Source: Actinomycetota bacterium
GTDB taxonomy: Bacteria > Actinomycetota > Actinomycetes > Nanopelagicales > Nanopelagicaceae
Assembly (NCBI GenBank): GCA_947452525.1
Contig: CANGCW010000001.1
Coordinates: forward strand, 1 to 42,451
Direction: 5' to 3'
DNA length: 42,451 nucleotides
In this document: piece after piece, positions 13,311-21,252 of the stretch
How positions within the stretch are numbered: position 1 is the first letter of the stretch
Layout: each line of letters begins with the position of its first letter
Program-made: the position numbers and the translations under genes
Notes under the pieces: model-generated
Told to the model about the DNA's origin: nothing
Seen by the model: only the letters and a program-made list of their open reading frames with translations
Databases searched by the model: none

Positions 13311-13906
13311 TCTTCATTCACCCGAGGAAGAAGTTCTTCCTCCCATAAATTCTCTACCTGGCGCAGGAGATCATCTTCGCTGCCATCGTTATCGATAACA
13401 AAGTCAACGCTCTCTTCGCGCTCGAAGTCACTCGCCTGGCTCTCGATCCGGGCTCGAACTTGATACTCCTTCATGCCACGCTCGACGGCACGCTTGATAC
13501 GTAGCTCTTCAGGGGCTGAGACAGCAATGGTGATATCGAAGCGATCGTGCGCGCCAATTTCATGGAGAAGTGGAATCTCGTTCACAATGATTGCATCCGC
13601 TTCGGCCTCTTCAACTACAAGATCAAATGCAGCTCGAACGCGGGGATGGATGATTGCCTCAAGATCTTTACGGGCAGCTTCATCTTTGAAGATCACATCT
13701 GCGAGTTTGCGACGGTCTAGCGTTCCGTGCGTGAGGACGCCATCCCCGAATCTGTTCACCAACTCCTCAAATCCAGGGGTTCCGCGCTCTACGACATCAC
13801 GGGCAAGTTGATCTGAATCAACGACGATTGCGCCAAGGCTGGCAAAGTACTCACCAACGAGAGACTTCCCAGAGCCAATTCCGCCCGTAAGACCAATGAG
13901 CAACAT
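13307..13906 (-). CDS. coaE: dephospho-CoA kinase (kinase domain only)
   Basis: 199 aa with P-loop [11 protein letters not shown]. No SD is visible upstream. Confidence 0.93.
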   Translation of the reverse strand: MLLIGLTGGIGSGKSLVGEYFASLGAIVVDSDQLARDVVERGTPGFEELVNRFGDGVLTHGTLDRRKLADVIFKDEAARKDLEAIIHPRVRAAFDLVVEEAEADAIIVNEIPLLHEIGAHDRFDITIAVSAPEELRIKRAVERGMKEYQVRARIESQASDFEREESVDFVIDNDGSEDDLLRQVENLWEEELLPRVNEE

Positions 13907-13913
13907 AAGCGAA

Positions 13914-13919
13914 AGCCTA
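13914..13919 (-). promoter_or_regulatory. candidate -10 box (TAGGCT) for a leaderless or near-leaderless coaE transcript
   Basis: On the minus strand TAGGCT fits the actinobacterial TANNNT consensus. It lies 7 nt upstream of the coaE ATG, no SD is present, and it sits directly after the rpsA terminator hairpin. Confidence 0.3.
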
Positions 13920-13923
13920 CCGA

Positions 13924-13964
13924 GAAAAGCAGAAGAGGCCCTGATTGCTCAAGGCCCCTCCTCT
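13924..13964 (-). terminator. candidate intrinsic terminator/attenuator after rpsA
   Basis: The minus-strand RNA AGAGGAGGGGCC-(12 nt loop)-GGCCUCUUCU gives about 10 bp (8 WC + 2 GU). It is followed by GCUUUUCUC and begins 14 nt after the rpsA stop. Confidence 0.45.
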
Positions 13965-13978
13965 TAGAACTACTTCAG

Positions 13979-15343
13979 TTATTCAGCTACTGGAGTCTCG
14001 CTGGTGAAAGAAGTTGGGTTAGCAGTTGCTGCAGCTTCATCTGCCGCCTTTGCCTCTGCCTTCTGCTTCTTGTGCGCTAGGAAGCGAGCCTGAGCTTCAG
14101 CGTACTGACGCTCCCACTCTTCACGCTGTGCTTCAAAACCTGGACGCCATTCCTGGCTCTCAGCATCGAAGCCTTCTGGGTAGATGAAGTTTCCTTCAGC
14201 ATCGTAACGAGCAGCCATTCCGTACTGTGTTGGATCGAATGCTTCGACCTCAACTTCGTGACCTTCATTAGCTTGCTTCAATGAGAGCGAGATGCGACGA
14301 CGCTCGAGATCGATATCGATGATCTTTACGAAGAGTGAGTCACCAACCTGTACGACCTGCTCTGGAATCTCAACGTGACGCTCTGCGAGCTCTGAGATGT
14401 GAACGAGGCCTTCGATTCCCTCAAAGACGCGGATAAATGCGCCGAATGGAACGAGCTTTGTAACTTCGCCTGGAACAACTTGGTTGATCGCATGTGTGCG
14501 AGCGAATGCCTGCCATGGATCTTCTTGTGTTGCCTTGAGTGAGAGCGAGACGCGCTCGCGCTCGAAATCAACCTCAAGAACCTCAACGGTTACCTCGTCG
14601 CCAACTTCAACGACTTCACTTGGGTGATCAATGTGCTTCCATGAGAGCTCTGAGACGTGGACAAGTCCATCGACTCCACCGAGATCAACGAAGGCACCAA
14701 AGTTAACGATAGATGAGACAACACCTGTACGGACCTGGCCCTTTGTGAGCTGGTTCAAGAATGTTGTGCGTGACTCAGACTGTGTCTGCTCGAGGTATGC
14801 ACGACGTGAGAGAACAACGTTGTTACGGTTCTTATCAAGTTCGATGATGCGAGCTTCAACTGTCTTACCGATATACGGTGTGAGGTCGCGAACGCGACGC
14901 ATCTCAACGAGAGATGCTGGAAGGAATCCGCGGAGTCCGATATCGACGATGAGGCCTCCCTTAACAACTTCGATGACTACACCTGTAACGACCTCGTCGC
15001 GCTCCTTCTTCTCTTCAATCTCGCCCCAAGCACGCTCGTACTGAGCACGCTTCTTAGACAAGATGAGACGACCTTCTTTATCTTCCTTCTGAAGTACGAG
15101 AGCCTCAATGCGATCGCCTACCTTGACGAGTTCTGATGGATCTACGTCGTGGCGAATAGAGAGTTCGCGAGATGGAATAACGCCTTCTGTCTTGTAACCG
15201 ATATCAAGAAGGACTTCTTCGCGATCGATCTGTACAACGAGTCCTGAGACGAGGTCTCCGTCGTTGAAATTCTTAATTGTTCCTTCGATGGCTGCTAGAA
15301 AATCTTCTGCTGTGCCAATGTCATTAATTGCGTGAGTGCTCAA
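13979..15343 (-). CDS. rpsA: 30S ribosomal protein S1
   Basis: 454 aa with four tandem S1 OB-fold repeats (for example GVVSSIVNFGAFVDLGGVDGLVHVSEL). N-terminus AINDIGTAEDFLAAIEGTIKNFNDGD matches the actinobacterial type. TTG start with GGAG 5 nt upstream. Confidence 0.97.
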   Translation of the reverse strand: MSTHAINDIGTAEDFLAAIEGTIKNFNDGDLVSGLVVQIDREEVLLDIGYKTEGVIPSRELSIRHDVDPSELVKVGDRIEALVLQKEDKEGRLILSKKRAQYERAWGEIEEKKERDEVVTGVVIEVVKGGLIVDIGLRGFLPASLVEMRRVRDLTPYIGKTVEARIIELDKNRNNVVLSRRAYLEQTQSESRTTFLNQLTKGQVRTGVVSSIVNFGAFVDLGGVDGLVHVSELSWKHIDHPSEVVEVGDEVTVEVLEVDFERERVSLSLKATQEDPWQAFARTHAINQVVPGEVTKLVPFGAFIRVFEGIEGLVHISELAERHVEIPEQVVQVGDSLFVKIIDIDLERRRISLSLKQANEGHEVEVEAFDPTQYGMAARYDAEGNFIYPEGFDAESQEWRPGFEAQREEWERQYAEAQARFLAHKKQKAEAKAADEAAATANPTSFTSETPVAE

Positions 15344-15419
15344 GTTGCTCCGTAGGTGAATAGAAGTAGTAGGGATAGGACCGTGCCGATTAGCTGAAAT
15401 CGCTTCTCGATACGAGGAA

Positions 15420-15449
15420 AGGGTACTTAGGTTGGTCGAAGTGGGTCAA
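15420..15449 (-). promoter_or_regulatory. candidate rpsA promoter (-35 TTGACC, 18-nt spacer, -10 TACCCT)
   Basis: Read on the minus strand: TTGACC at 15449-15444 and TACCCT at 15425-15420. This would give a 5' UTR of roughly 70 nt. Motif match only. Confidence 0.3.
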
Positions 15450-15496
15450 AACGGAGCCGCCAGCGAGCGCAGAGTCCACCACTAGACTCCCCTCTC

Positions 15497-16696
15497 GTGA
15501 AGGCATATTTAGAGGTTCTGCGCATACCAACTGCTCGACATTTGGTCCTTGCCGCCTTCCCGGCTCGTTTCGCCTACGGAATGATCGGACTTGGCCTCTA
15601 CTGGAAGATTTATCACGTAACCCACTCCTTCTCGATCTCGGGCCTGGCAATCGGAATTAACGCTGTTGCCGGCTCGCTGACGACAGGTATCCGCTCTAAC
15701 GCCCTTGAGCGCTGGGGGCTGAAGTGGCCGCTCCGCGTACTCGTGCCGGCTTACGCTCTCTCTATCCTTCTCGTCAACGCGATGACAAACCAAGGTGCTC
15801 TGGTGATTGCTGCCGGCATCTTGGGCATAGCAGCGCCCCCTATCAACCTCTCAGTCCGCCCCATGTGGAAGTTTGCCGTCCCACAGGAGCAGATGCGGAC
15901 AGCGCTCGCTCTCGATACCGCGACCATGAACTTTGCGCAGATTATTGGGCCGGTTGTGGTCACTCCGATTGCGCTCTCGAGCCATTCAGGATGGGCCTTG
16001 GGAACATGTGCCTTCTTCGTCCTCTTCGGAGGAATTGGGCTCTCACTGCTCTCCATCACTAAGGAGTGGCGAGCAGAAGAGCGTCCAGAGCGCAGAACCC
16101 GCATCTTCAGGGTTCCCGGTATTCGCGTACTCGTCGTTGAAGGAATCTTCATCGGCCTTGGCGCCGGAGCCTTCAATATTGCTGTACCTGCTCTTGCGAC
16201 AATCAAGCACGTTGAGGGCTTCACCGCCTGGATCTTTGCCTCACAATCCCTCGCGATGATTCTCGGAAGTCTGATTGCCGGAGTATTTGCAAAGCACATC
16301 ACCCCCCTCCGCGCCTTTACCCGCAACTACTACTTCTGGGCTCTCGCCGGAGTACCTCTGGCTCTCACAAATCCAAACTGGAGCATGTTGATAGTGGCCT
16401 TCGTCATCGGACTCTTCGTCGGAGCGCAGCAGGTCTACTACTTAGAGATCATTGAAGCGGTGCGACCTTTCGGTACATCTGCCTCAGCGCTCGGTTGGAT
16501 GTGGACTATCGAGGGCAGCGCAGCCGCGCTCGGTTCAGCACTTGGAGGATTTCTCTCGCAGAACTTCTCACCACGTATCTGCCTTGGATTTAATACCCTC
16601 ACCGTTATTGGTGGTTTGGCGACCGTGTTGATTGGTCAGCGATTCTTATTAAAAGCAGATCGACTTCATACCGCATCGGAGAATGAGGGGAATTAG
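15497..16696 (+). CDS. MFS transporter, substrate unknown
   Basis: 399 aa with about 12 hydrophobic segments and a central basic loop (EWRAEERPERRTRIF). GTG start. One of only two plus-strand genes. Confidence 0.85.
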   Translation: MKAYLEVLRIPTARHLVLAAFPARFAYGMIGLGLYWKIYHVTHSFSISGLAIGINAVAGSLTTGIRSNALERWGLKWPLRVLVPAYALSILLVNAMTNQGALVIAAGILGIAAPPINLSVRPMWKFAVPQEQMRTALALDTATMNFAQIIGPVVVTPIALSSHSGWALGTCAFFVLFGGIGLSLLSITKEWRAEERPERRTRIFRVPGIRVLVVEGIFIGLGAGAFNIAVPALATIKHVEGFTAWIFASQSLAMILGSLIAGVFAKHITPLRAFTRNYYFWALAGVPLALTNPNWSMLIVAFVIGLFVGAQQVYYLEIIEAVRPFGTSASALGWMWTIEGSAAALGSALGGFLSQNFSPRICLGFNTLTVIGGLATVLIGQRFLLKADRLHTASENEGN

Positions 16697-19305
16697 TGAG
16701 CTGCGCTATCCCAGCTCTTCCCTAGCCCGACGCTGACATCGAGGGGCAGAGAAAGTTCGACTGCACGGGACATCTCCTCTTTCACAAGAAGTGAGAGCGC
16801 TTCCTCTTCACCGGGTGAGACCTCAAGAATTAACTCGTCATGCACTTGGAGAAGTAAGCGTGAACTCAACTTCTCGTCCTTGATGCGCTTGGAGACATTG
16901 AGCATTGCAATCTTGATGATATCCGCGGCTGATCCTTGGATAGGGGCATTCAGCGCCATACGCTCTGCGACTTCGCGTTGTGCACGGTTATCACTAGTGA
17001 GATCTGGAAGATACCTCCGGCGACCCATAATCGTCTCTGTATAACCAACCTCGCGGGCTTGAATCACTACGCGCTTCAAGTAATCGCGGATTCCACCGAA
17101 GCGGTCAAAGTAGGTATCCATCAACTGCGCTGCTTCCCCCGGCGAGAGATCAAGTTGTTGAGCGAGGCCGTAAGAACTTAATCCATATGCGAGGCCGTAA
17201 GACATCGCCTTAATCTGGCGGCGCATCTCTGCATCGACCTCTTCTGGCGCAACACCGAAGACCTTGGAGGCGACAGTCTTGTGGAGATCCTCGCCCGATT
17301 TAAAGGCGGCAATCAAACCTGCATCTTCTGAGAGATGGGCCATGATGCGCATCTCAATCTGACTGTAATCAGCCGTGAGAAGCGTTGCATATGGCTTAGC
17401 TGCGATGAAGCAGTCGCGAATCTTTCTACCCTCTTCAGTACGAACCGGAATATTCTGCAGGTTCGGGTCGGTACTTGAGAGGCGACCAGTCGCTGCGACG
17501 GTCTGCTGGAAATTAGTGTGAATTCTTCCGTCGGCCGCAATTGCGTTGAGAAGGCCTTCAATCGTGGTGAGGAGCTTTCCCGTCTCACGAATTCGCAAGA
17601 GATTGAGCAGAAGTGGATGCTTACTCTTCACATAGAGAGCGTTGAGACTCTCCGCATCGGTTGTGTAACCAGTCTTGTTCTTCTTCGTCTTAGGTAGGCC
17701 GAGTTCATCAAAGAGGATGACCTGCAATTGCTTTGGAGAAGCTACGTTGAACTCTCGCCCTGCGGCACTATGTGCTTGAGCCGTCTGATTGGCCACTTCA
17801 GCGCGGAAGAATTCCGCAAGGGAAGTCAACTTCTTCTTATCAACGTTAATACCTACTCGTTCCATTTGGGCGAGTTCAAGGAGCGTAGGAATTTCAAGGT
17901 CGCTCATGAGCGAACTCATATCCCGTGAGCGAATCTCCTCCTGAAGAAGAGGAGTCAATCGATAAATAGCAGAAGCTCCAGTACCGGAGAACTCTTGGAA
18001 GAGCCCATCGGAACCGCTCTCCTCTTCGATATGTCCTAGGTAGCGCTCTTGAAGATCGAGAAGTTCTATATTTCTACTTCCAGGATTGACCAAGTAAGCG
18101 GCGAGTTCTGTATCCCACTGCAGTCCGCCTATGTCAACGATGCGAGCAAGCGGCTTAGCTGAGTGCATCCATTTTGGTAGAGCGGCGTCGGATAACCACG
18201 CACCCATCTCACCAGATTCAACGATGAGCACCTCATCTGCCGAGAGAGCGACTGCGTAGTTAAGAACTTTGCCGTACTCAATCTCGTAATCCAACGCGAT
18301 CGGTTCGGTGCGCCCAGCAAGTGCGGTGGAAAGTTCAGAGGCCGATACGCGTTTGACGGAGAGGTCGAACTTCTCAACAACTCTCGCCTCATCGGCAGGT
18401 GATGTGAAGCCCGGTAGTTTCTTCACTCGCTCATTGAGCGCCTTGATCTCAAGGAGATCGAGGAGCGGCGCTAACTTCGCTTGGTTGACGCCCTCCCAAG
18501 CAAGCTTCTCAATATCACTATCGATTGGAACGTCACGACGAAGCTCTGTCAGTTCACGGTTGAGCATGACTGCGGAGAGATTCGCGCGCAGTGAATCCCC
18601 TACCTTGCCGGGAATCTCGTCGATATGCGCAATCAATTCAGTTAGCGAACCAAAGTCATGAATCCATTTAGTCGCAGTCTTCTCTCCGACGCCTGGGACC
18701 GATGGGAGGTTATCGCTGGGATCTCCACGGAGCGCTGCAAAGTCTGGATACTGTGAAGGCGTGAGGCCGTACTTCTCCTCCACTGCTGCCGGCGTCATGC
18801 GCGCTAAATCTGACATGCCCTTCTTCGGGTAGAGCACTGTGGTCTTATCCGTAATGAGTTGAAATGAATCTCTATCGCCGGAGCAGATAAGAACTTCAAA
18901 ACCATCAGCCTCAGCGCTCTTGGTAAGAGTTGCAATCAGGTCATCTGCTTCAAAGCCCTCGAGCGCGAAATGGGTAATGCCCAGCGCCGCCACCATTTGA
19001 TAGAGATATGTGGTCTGTGAACGAAAATCATCCGGCGTAGCGCTTCGGGTACCTTTATAAGATTCCAGTTTTTCAGTACGAAATGTCTTTCTGGAGACAT
19101 CGAATGCCGTTGCGATATGCGTTGGGTTCTCATCACGGATGAGATTGATAAGCATGGAGGTGAAGCCATAAATCGCATTGGTCGTCTGACCCGACGAGTT
19201 TGCAAAATTCTCGGCCGGAAGGGCGTGATAGGCGCGATAGGCCATGGAGTGGCCATCAATCAGGAGTAGACGTTTCTGGCTCTCGTTACTCTTCTTCGCG
19301 CTCAT
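16693..19305 (-). CDS. polA: DNA polymerase I
   Basis: 870 aa with a 5' nuclease N-terminus (LLLIDGHSMAYRAYHA), pol motif A DYSQIEMRIMAH, and motif C QVHDELILE. Confidence 0.98.
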   Translation of the reverse strand: MSAKKSNESQKRLLLIDGHSMAYRAYHALPAENFANSSGQTTNAIYGFTSMLINLIRDENPTHIATAFDVSRKTFRTEKLESYKGTRSATPDDFRSQTTYLYQMVAALGITHFALEGFEADDLIATLTKSAEADGFEVLICSGDRDSFQLITDKTTVLYPKKGMSDLARMTPAAVEEKYGLTPSQYPDFAALRGDPSDNLPSVPGVGEKTATKWIHDFGSLTELIAHIDEIPGKVGDSLRANLSAVMLNRELTELRRDVPIDSDIEKLAWEGVNQAKLAPLLDLLEIKALNERVKKLPGFTSPADEARVVEKFDLSVKRVSASELSTALAGRTEPIALDYEIEYGKVLNYAVALSADEVLIVESGEMGAWLSDAALPKWMHSAKPLARIVDIGGLQWDTELAAYLVNPGSRNIELLDLQERYLGHIEEESGSDGLFQEFSGTGASAIYRLTPLLQEEIRSRDMSSLMSDLEIPTLLELAQMERVGINVDKKKLTSLAEFFRAEVANQTAQAHSAAGREFNVASPKQLQVILFDELGLPKTKKNKTGYTTDAESLNALYVKSKHPLLLNLLRIRETGKLLTTIEGLLNAIAADGRIHTNFQQTVAATGRLSSTDPNLQNIPVRTEEGRKIRDCFIAAKPYATLLTADYSQIEMRIMAHLSEDAGLIAAFKSGEDLHKTVASKVFGVAPEEVDAEMRRQIKAMSYGLAYGLSSYGLAQQLDLSPGEAAQLMDTYFDRFGGIRDYLKRVVIQAREVGYTETIMGRRRYLPDLTSDNRAQREVAERMALNAPIQGSAADIIKIAMLNVSKRIKDEKLSSRLLLQVHDELILEVSPGEEEALSLLVKEEMSRAVELSLPLDVSVGLGKSWDSAAH

Positions 19306-19312
19306 TTAAGGG

Positions 19313-19318
19313 ATTGTA
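19313..19318 (-). promoter_or_regulatory. candidate -10 box (TACAAT) for leaderless polA
   Basis: Minus-strand TACAAT lies 7 nt upstream of the polA ATG (19305). There is no SD in the 31-bp intergenic region. Confidence 0.35.
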
Positions 19319-19323
19319 GAGGC

Positions 19324-19329
19324 TAAACT
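19324..19329 (+). promoter_or_regulatory. candidate -10 box (TAAACT) for the leaderless thioesterase gene
   Basis: Plus-strand TAAACT lies 7 nt upstream of the ATG at 19337. No SD is present. Confidence 0.35.
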
Positions 19330-19336
19330 TTCATCC

Positions 19337-19741
19337 ATGGTTGATTACTTAGCGATTCTCAAAGAGCGTGGCTCCGGAGCACTAGATCAGAAGATGGGAA
19401 TCGAGATCCTCGAGGCCTCCCCTGAACGCTTGGTAGCGAGAATGCCAGTTGAGGGAAATACGCAGCCCATCGGGTTACTTCACGGTGGAGCGAATGTAGT
19501 TCTTGCCGAATCACTCGGCTCGATCGGCACCCAATTGCACGCGGGTCCAGATAAGCGCATCGTTGGCGTAGATATCAATGCGACCCATCATCGCTCCGCA
19601 ACATCAGGCTTTGTTACCGGAGTTGCTACACCGGTTTCGCTCGGACGAACTCTATGTTGCTACCAAATTGAAATTGCCAACGACCAGGGTCAACGTACCT
19701 GCACAGCAAGAATCACCTGCCTCATACTTCAAGACAGGTGA
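19337..19741 (+). CDS. PaaI-family hotdog-fold thioesterase
   Basis: 134 aa with the signature LHGGANVVLAESLGS and a C-terminal hotdog beta-sheet region. Confidence 0.85.
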   Translation: MVDYLAILKERGSGALDQKMGIEILEASPERLVARMPVEGNTQPIGLLHGGANVVLAESLGSIGTQLHAGPDKRIVGVDINATHHRSATSGFVTGVATPVSLGRTLCCYQIEIANDQGQRTCTARITCLILQDR

Positions 19742-19763
19742 TTCTCTCAGTGCTTAATGGGAG

Positions 19764-20486
19764 TTAGTGCGCTCCGGTACCGAGGTATGCGGCACGAACA
19801 TCTGGATCATTAAGTAGATCTGATGCCTTAGCCTCTTTGACGACCTTTCCGGTCTCAAGAACATAGGCACGATTTGCTCTCTGAAGAGCCTGTTGCGCAT
19901 TCTGCTCAACTAAGAGGATGGTCGTTCCCAGCTCTTTATTAATCGCAGTGATGATATTAAAGATATTCTGAATCATCATTGGCGCAAGTCCCATTGATGG
20001 CTCATCAAGGAGCAGAACCTGCGGCCTTGCCATAAGGGCTCTTCCAATTGCAAGCATCTGTTGCTCGCCGCCAGAGAGCGTTCCGCCAGCCTGAGTAACT
20101 CGCTCTTTCAGACGTGGGAAGAGTTGGAAGACCTTATCGAGATCCTCTTGCATCTCTGCCTTGCGATCTTTACGGAAGTACTTACCAATCTCCAAATTTT
20201 CGAGAACTGTCATACCAGGGAAGATGCCGCGACCCTCTGGTGCCTGTGAGATGCCGAGTTCGACGCGCTCATGTGCAGGAAGTTTCGAGATATCTTGGCC
20301 ATTGAAAATGATTGAACCACTTGTCACTGGACGAAGACCTGAAATCGTTTTGAGAGTCGTAGTCTTTCCAGCACCATTAGCGCCGATAAGGGTAACAATC
20401 TCACCTTGATTTACCGAGACAGAAATTCCCTTAATTGCTTCAATCTTGCCGTAGAAGACTCGTAGATCTTTAATTTCAAGATTCAT
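19764..20486 (-). CDS. livF: branched-chain amino acid ABC transporter ATP-binding protein (LivF type)
   Basis: 240 aa with Walker A GANGAGKTT, signature LSGGEQQMLAIGRAL, Walker B LLLDEPS, and a C-terminal DPDVRAAYLG. Confidence 0.93.
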   Translation of the reverse strand: MNLEIKDLRVFYGKIEAIKGISVSVNQGEIVTLIGANGAGKTTTLKTISGLRPVTSGSIIFNGQDISKLPAHERVELGISQAPEGRGIFPGMTVLENLEIGKYFRKDRKAEMQEDLDKVFQLFPRLKERVTQAGGTLSGGEQQMLAIGRALMARPQVLLLDEPSMGLAPMMIQNIFNIITAINKELGTTILLVEQNAQQALQRANRAYVLETGKVVKEAKASDLLNDPDVRAAYLGTGAH

Positions 20487-21252
20487 CAGCTGGCACTCCT
20501 AAGTAAGCCTCGATAACTTTAGGGTCATTTTGGACGACGGAAGGTAAATCATCGGCAATCTTGACACCGAAGTCGAGAACGACGACTCGATCAGAGATTC
20601 CCATAATCAACGACATATCGTGTTCAATGAGAAGAACGGTGTAACCAGCATCGCGAATCCGCTTGATAGTGCTGGCTAGTTCAACCTTCTCCGCCGGGTT
20701 AAATCCTGCTGCTGGCTCATCCAGGAGAAGGAGCTTCGCACCTGTTCCCATTGCACGGGCAATCTCTAAGCGACGCTGAACGCCGTATGGCAGGTTCTTC
20801 GCTAGGCGATCTTCATACTCCGCAATTCCGATGAATTCAAGAATCTCGTGCGCCTTTGCCTTTGCTGCCTTCTCCGTCTTTCGGGAGCGGATTGAGCCAA
20901 AGAGCGATCCGACCAGACCAGCCTTGCTATGTACATCAGTTGCGGTGATGACATTTTCAAGGGCTGTCATATCGCCCCAAAGGCGAATGTTCTGGAAAGT
21001 ACGCGCAACACCACTTTGGGTAATCGCAAAACGCTTCTTTCCAACGAGCGACTTGCCCTGAAAAATAATTTCACCTGAGGTTGGCTGATAGACACCCGTG
21101 ATCATGTTGAAGACTGTTGTCTTACCGGCACCGTTAGGTCCGATGAGAGCGAGAATCTCCTGCTTGTTTACATGAAGGTTGACATCGTTGAGAGCGGTTA
21201 CGCCACCAAATTTCTTGGTGAGGCCGACAAGTTCAAGAATTTTCTCTGACAT
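20476..21252 (-). CDS. livG: branched-chain amino acid ABC transporter ATP-binding protein (LivG type)
   Basis: 258 aa with Walker A GPNGAGKTT, LPYGVQRRLEIARA, LLLDEPAAG, and a C-terminal DPKVIEAYLG. It overlaps livF by 11 nt. Confidence 0.93.
   Translation of the reverse strand: MSEKILELVGLTKKFGGVTALNDVNLHVNKQEILALIGPNGAGKTTVFNMITGVYQPTSGEIIFQGKSLVGKKRFAITQSGVARTFQNIRLWGDMTALENVITATDVHSKAGLVGSLFGSIRSRKTEKAAKAKAHEILEFIGIAEYEDRLAKNLPYGVQRRLEIARAMGTGAKLLLLDEPAAGFNPAEKVELASTIKRIRDAGYTVLLIEHDMSLIMGISDRVVVLDFGVKIADDLPSVVQNDPKVIEAYLGVPADES

Noticed and set aside
15390-15650. 86-aa minus-strand ORF spanning the rpsA/MFS divergent region.
   Set aside because: It overlaps the MFS N-terminus antisense, is Arg/Ser/Gly-rich, and has no SD or motif. 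The region is better explained as the rpsA promoter and 5' UTR.
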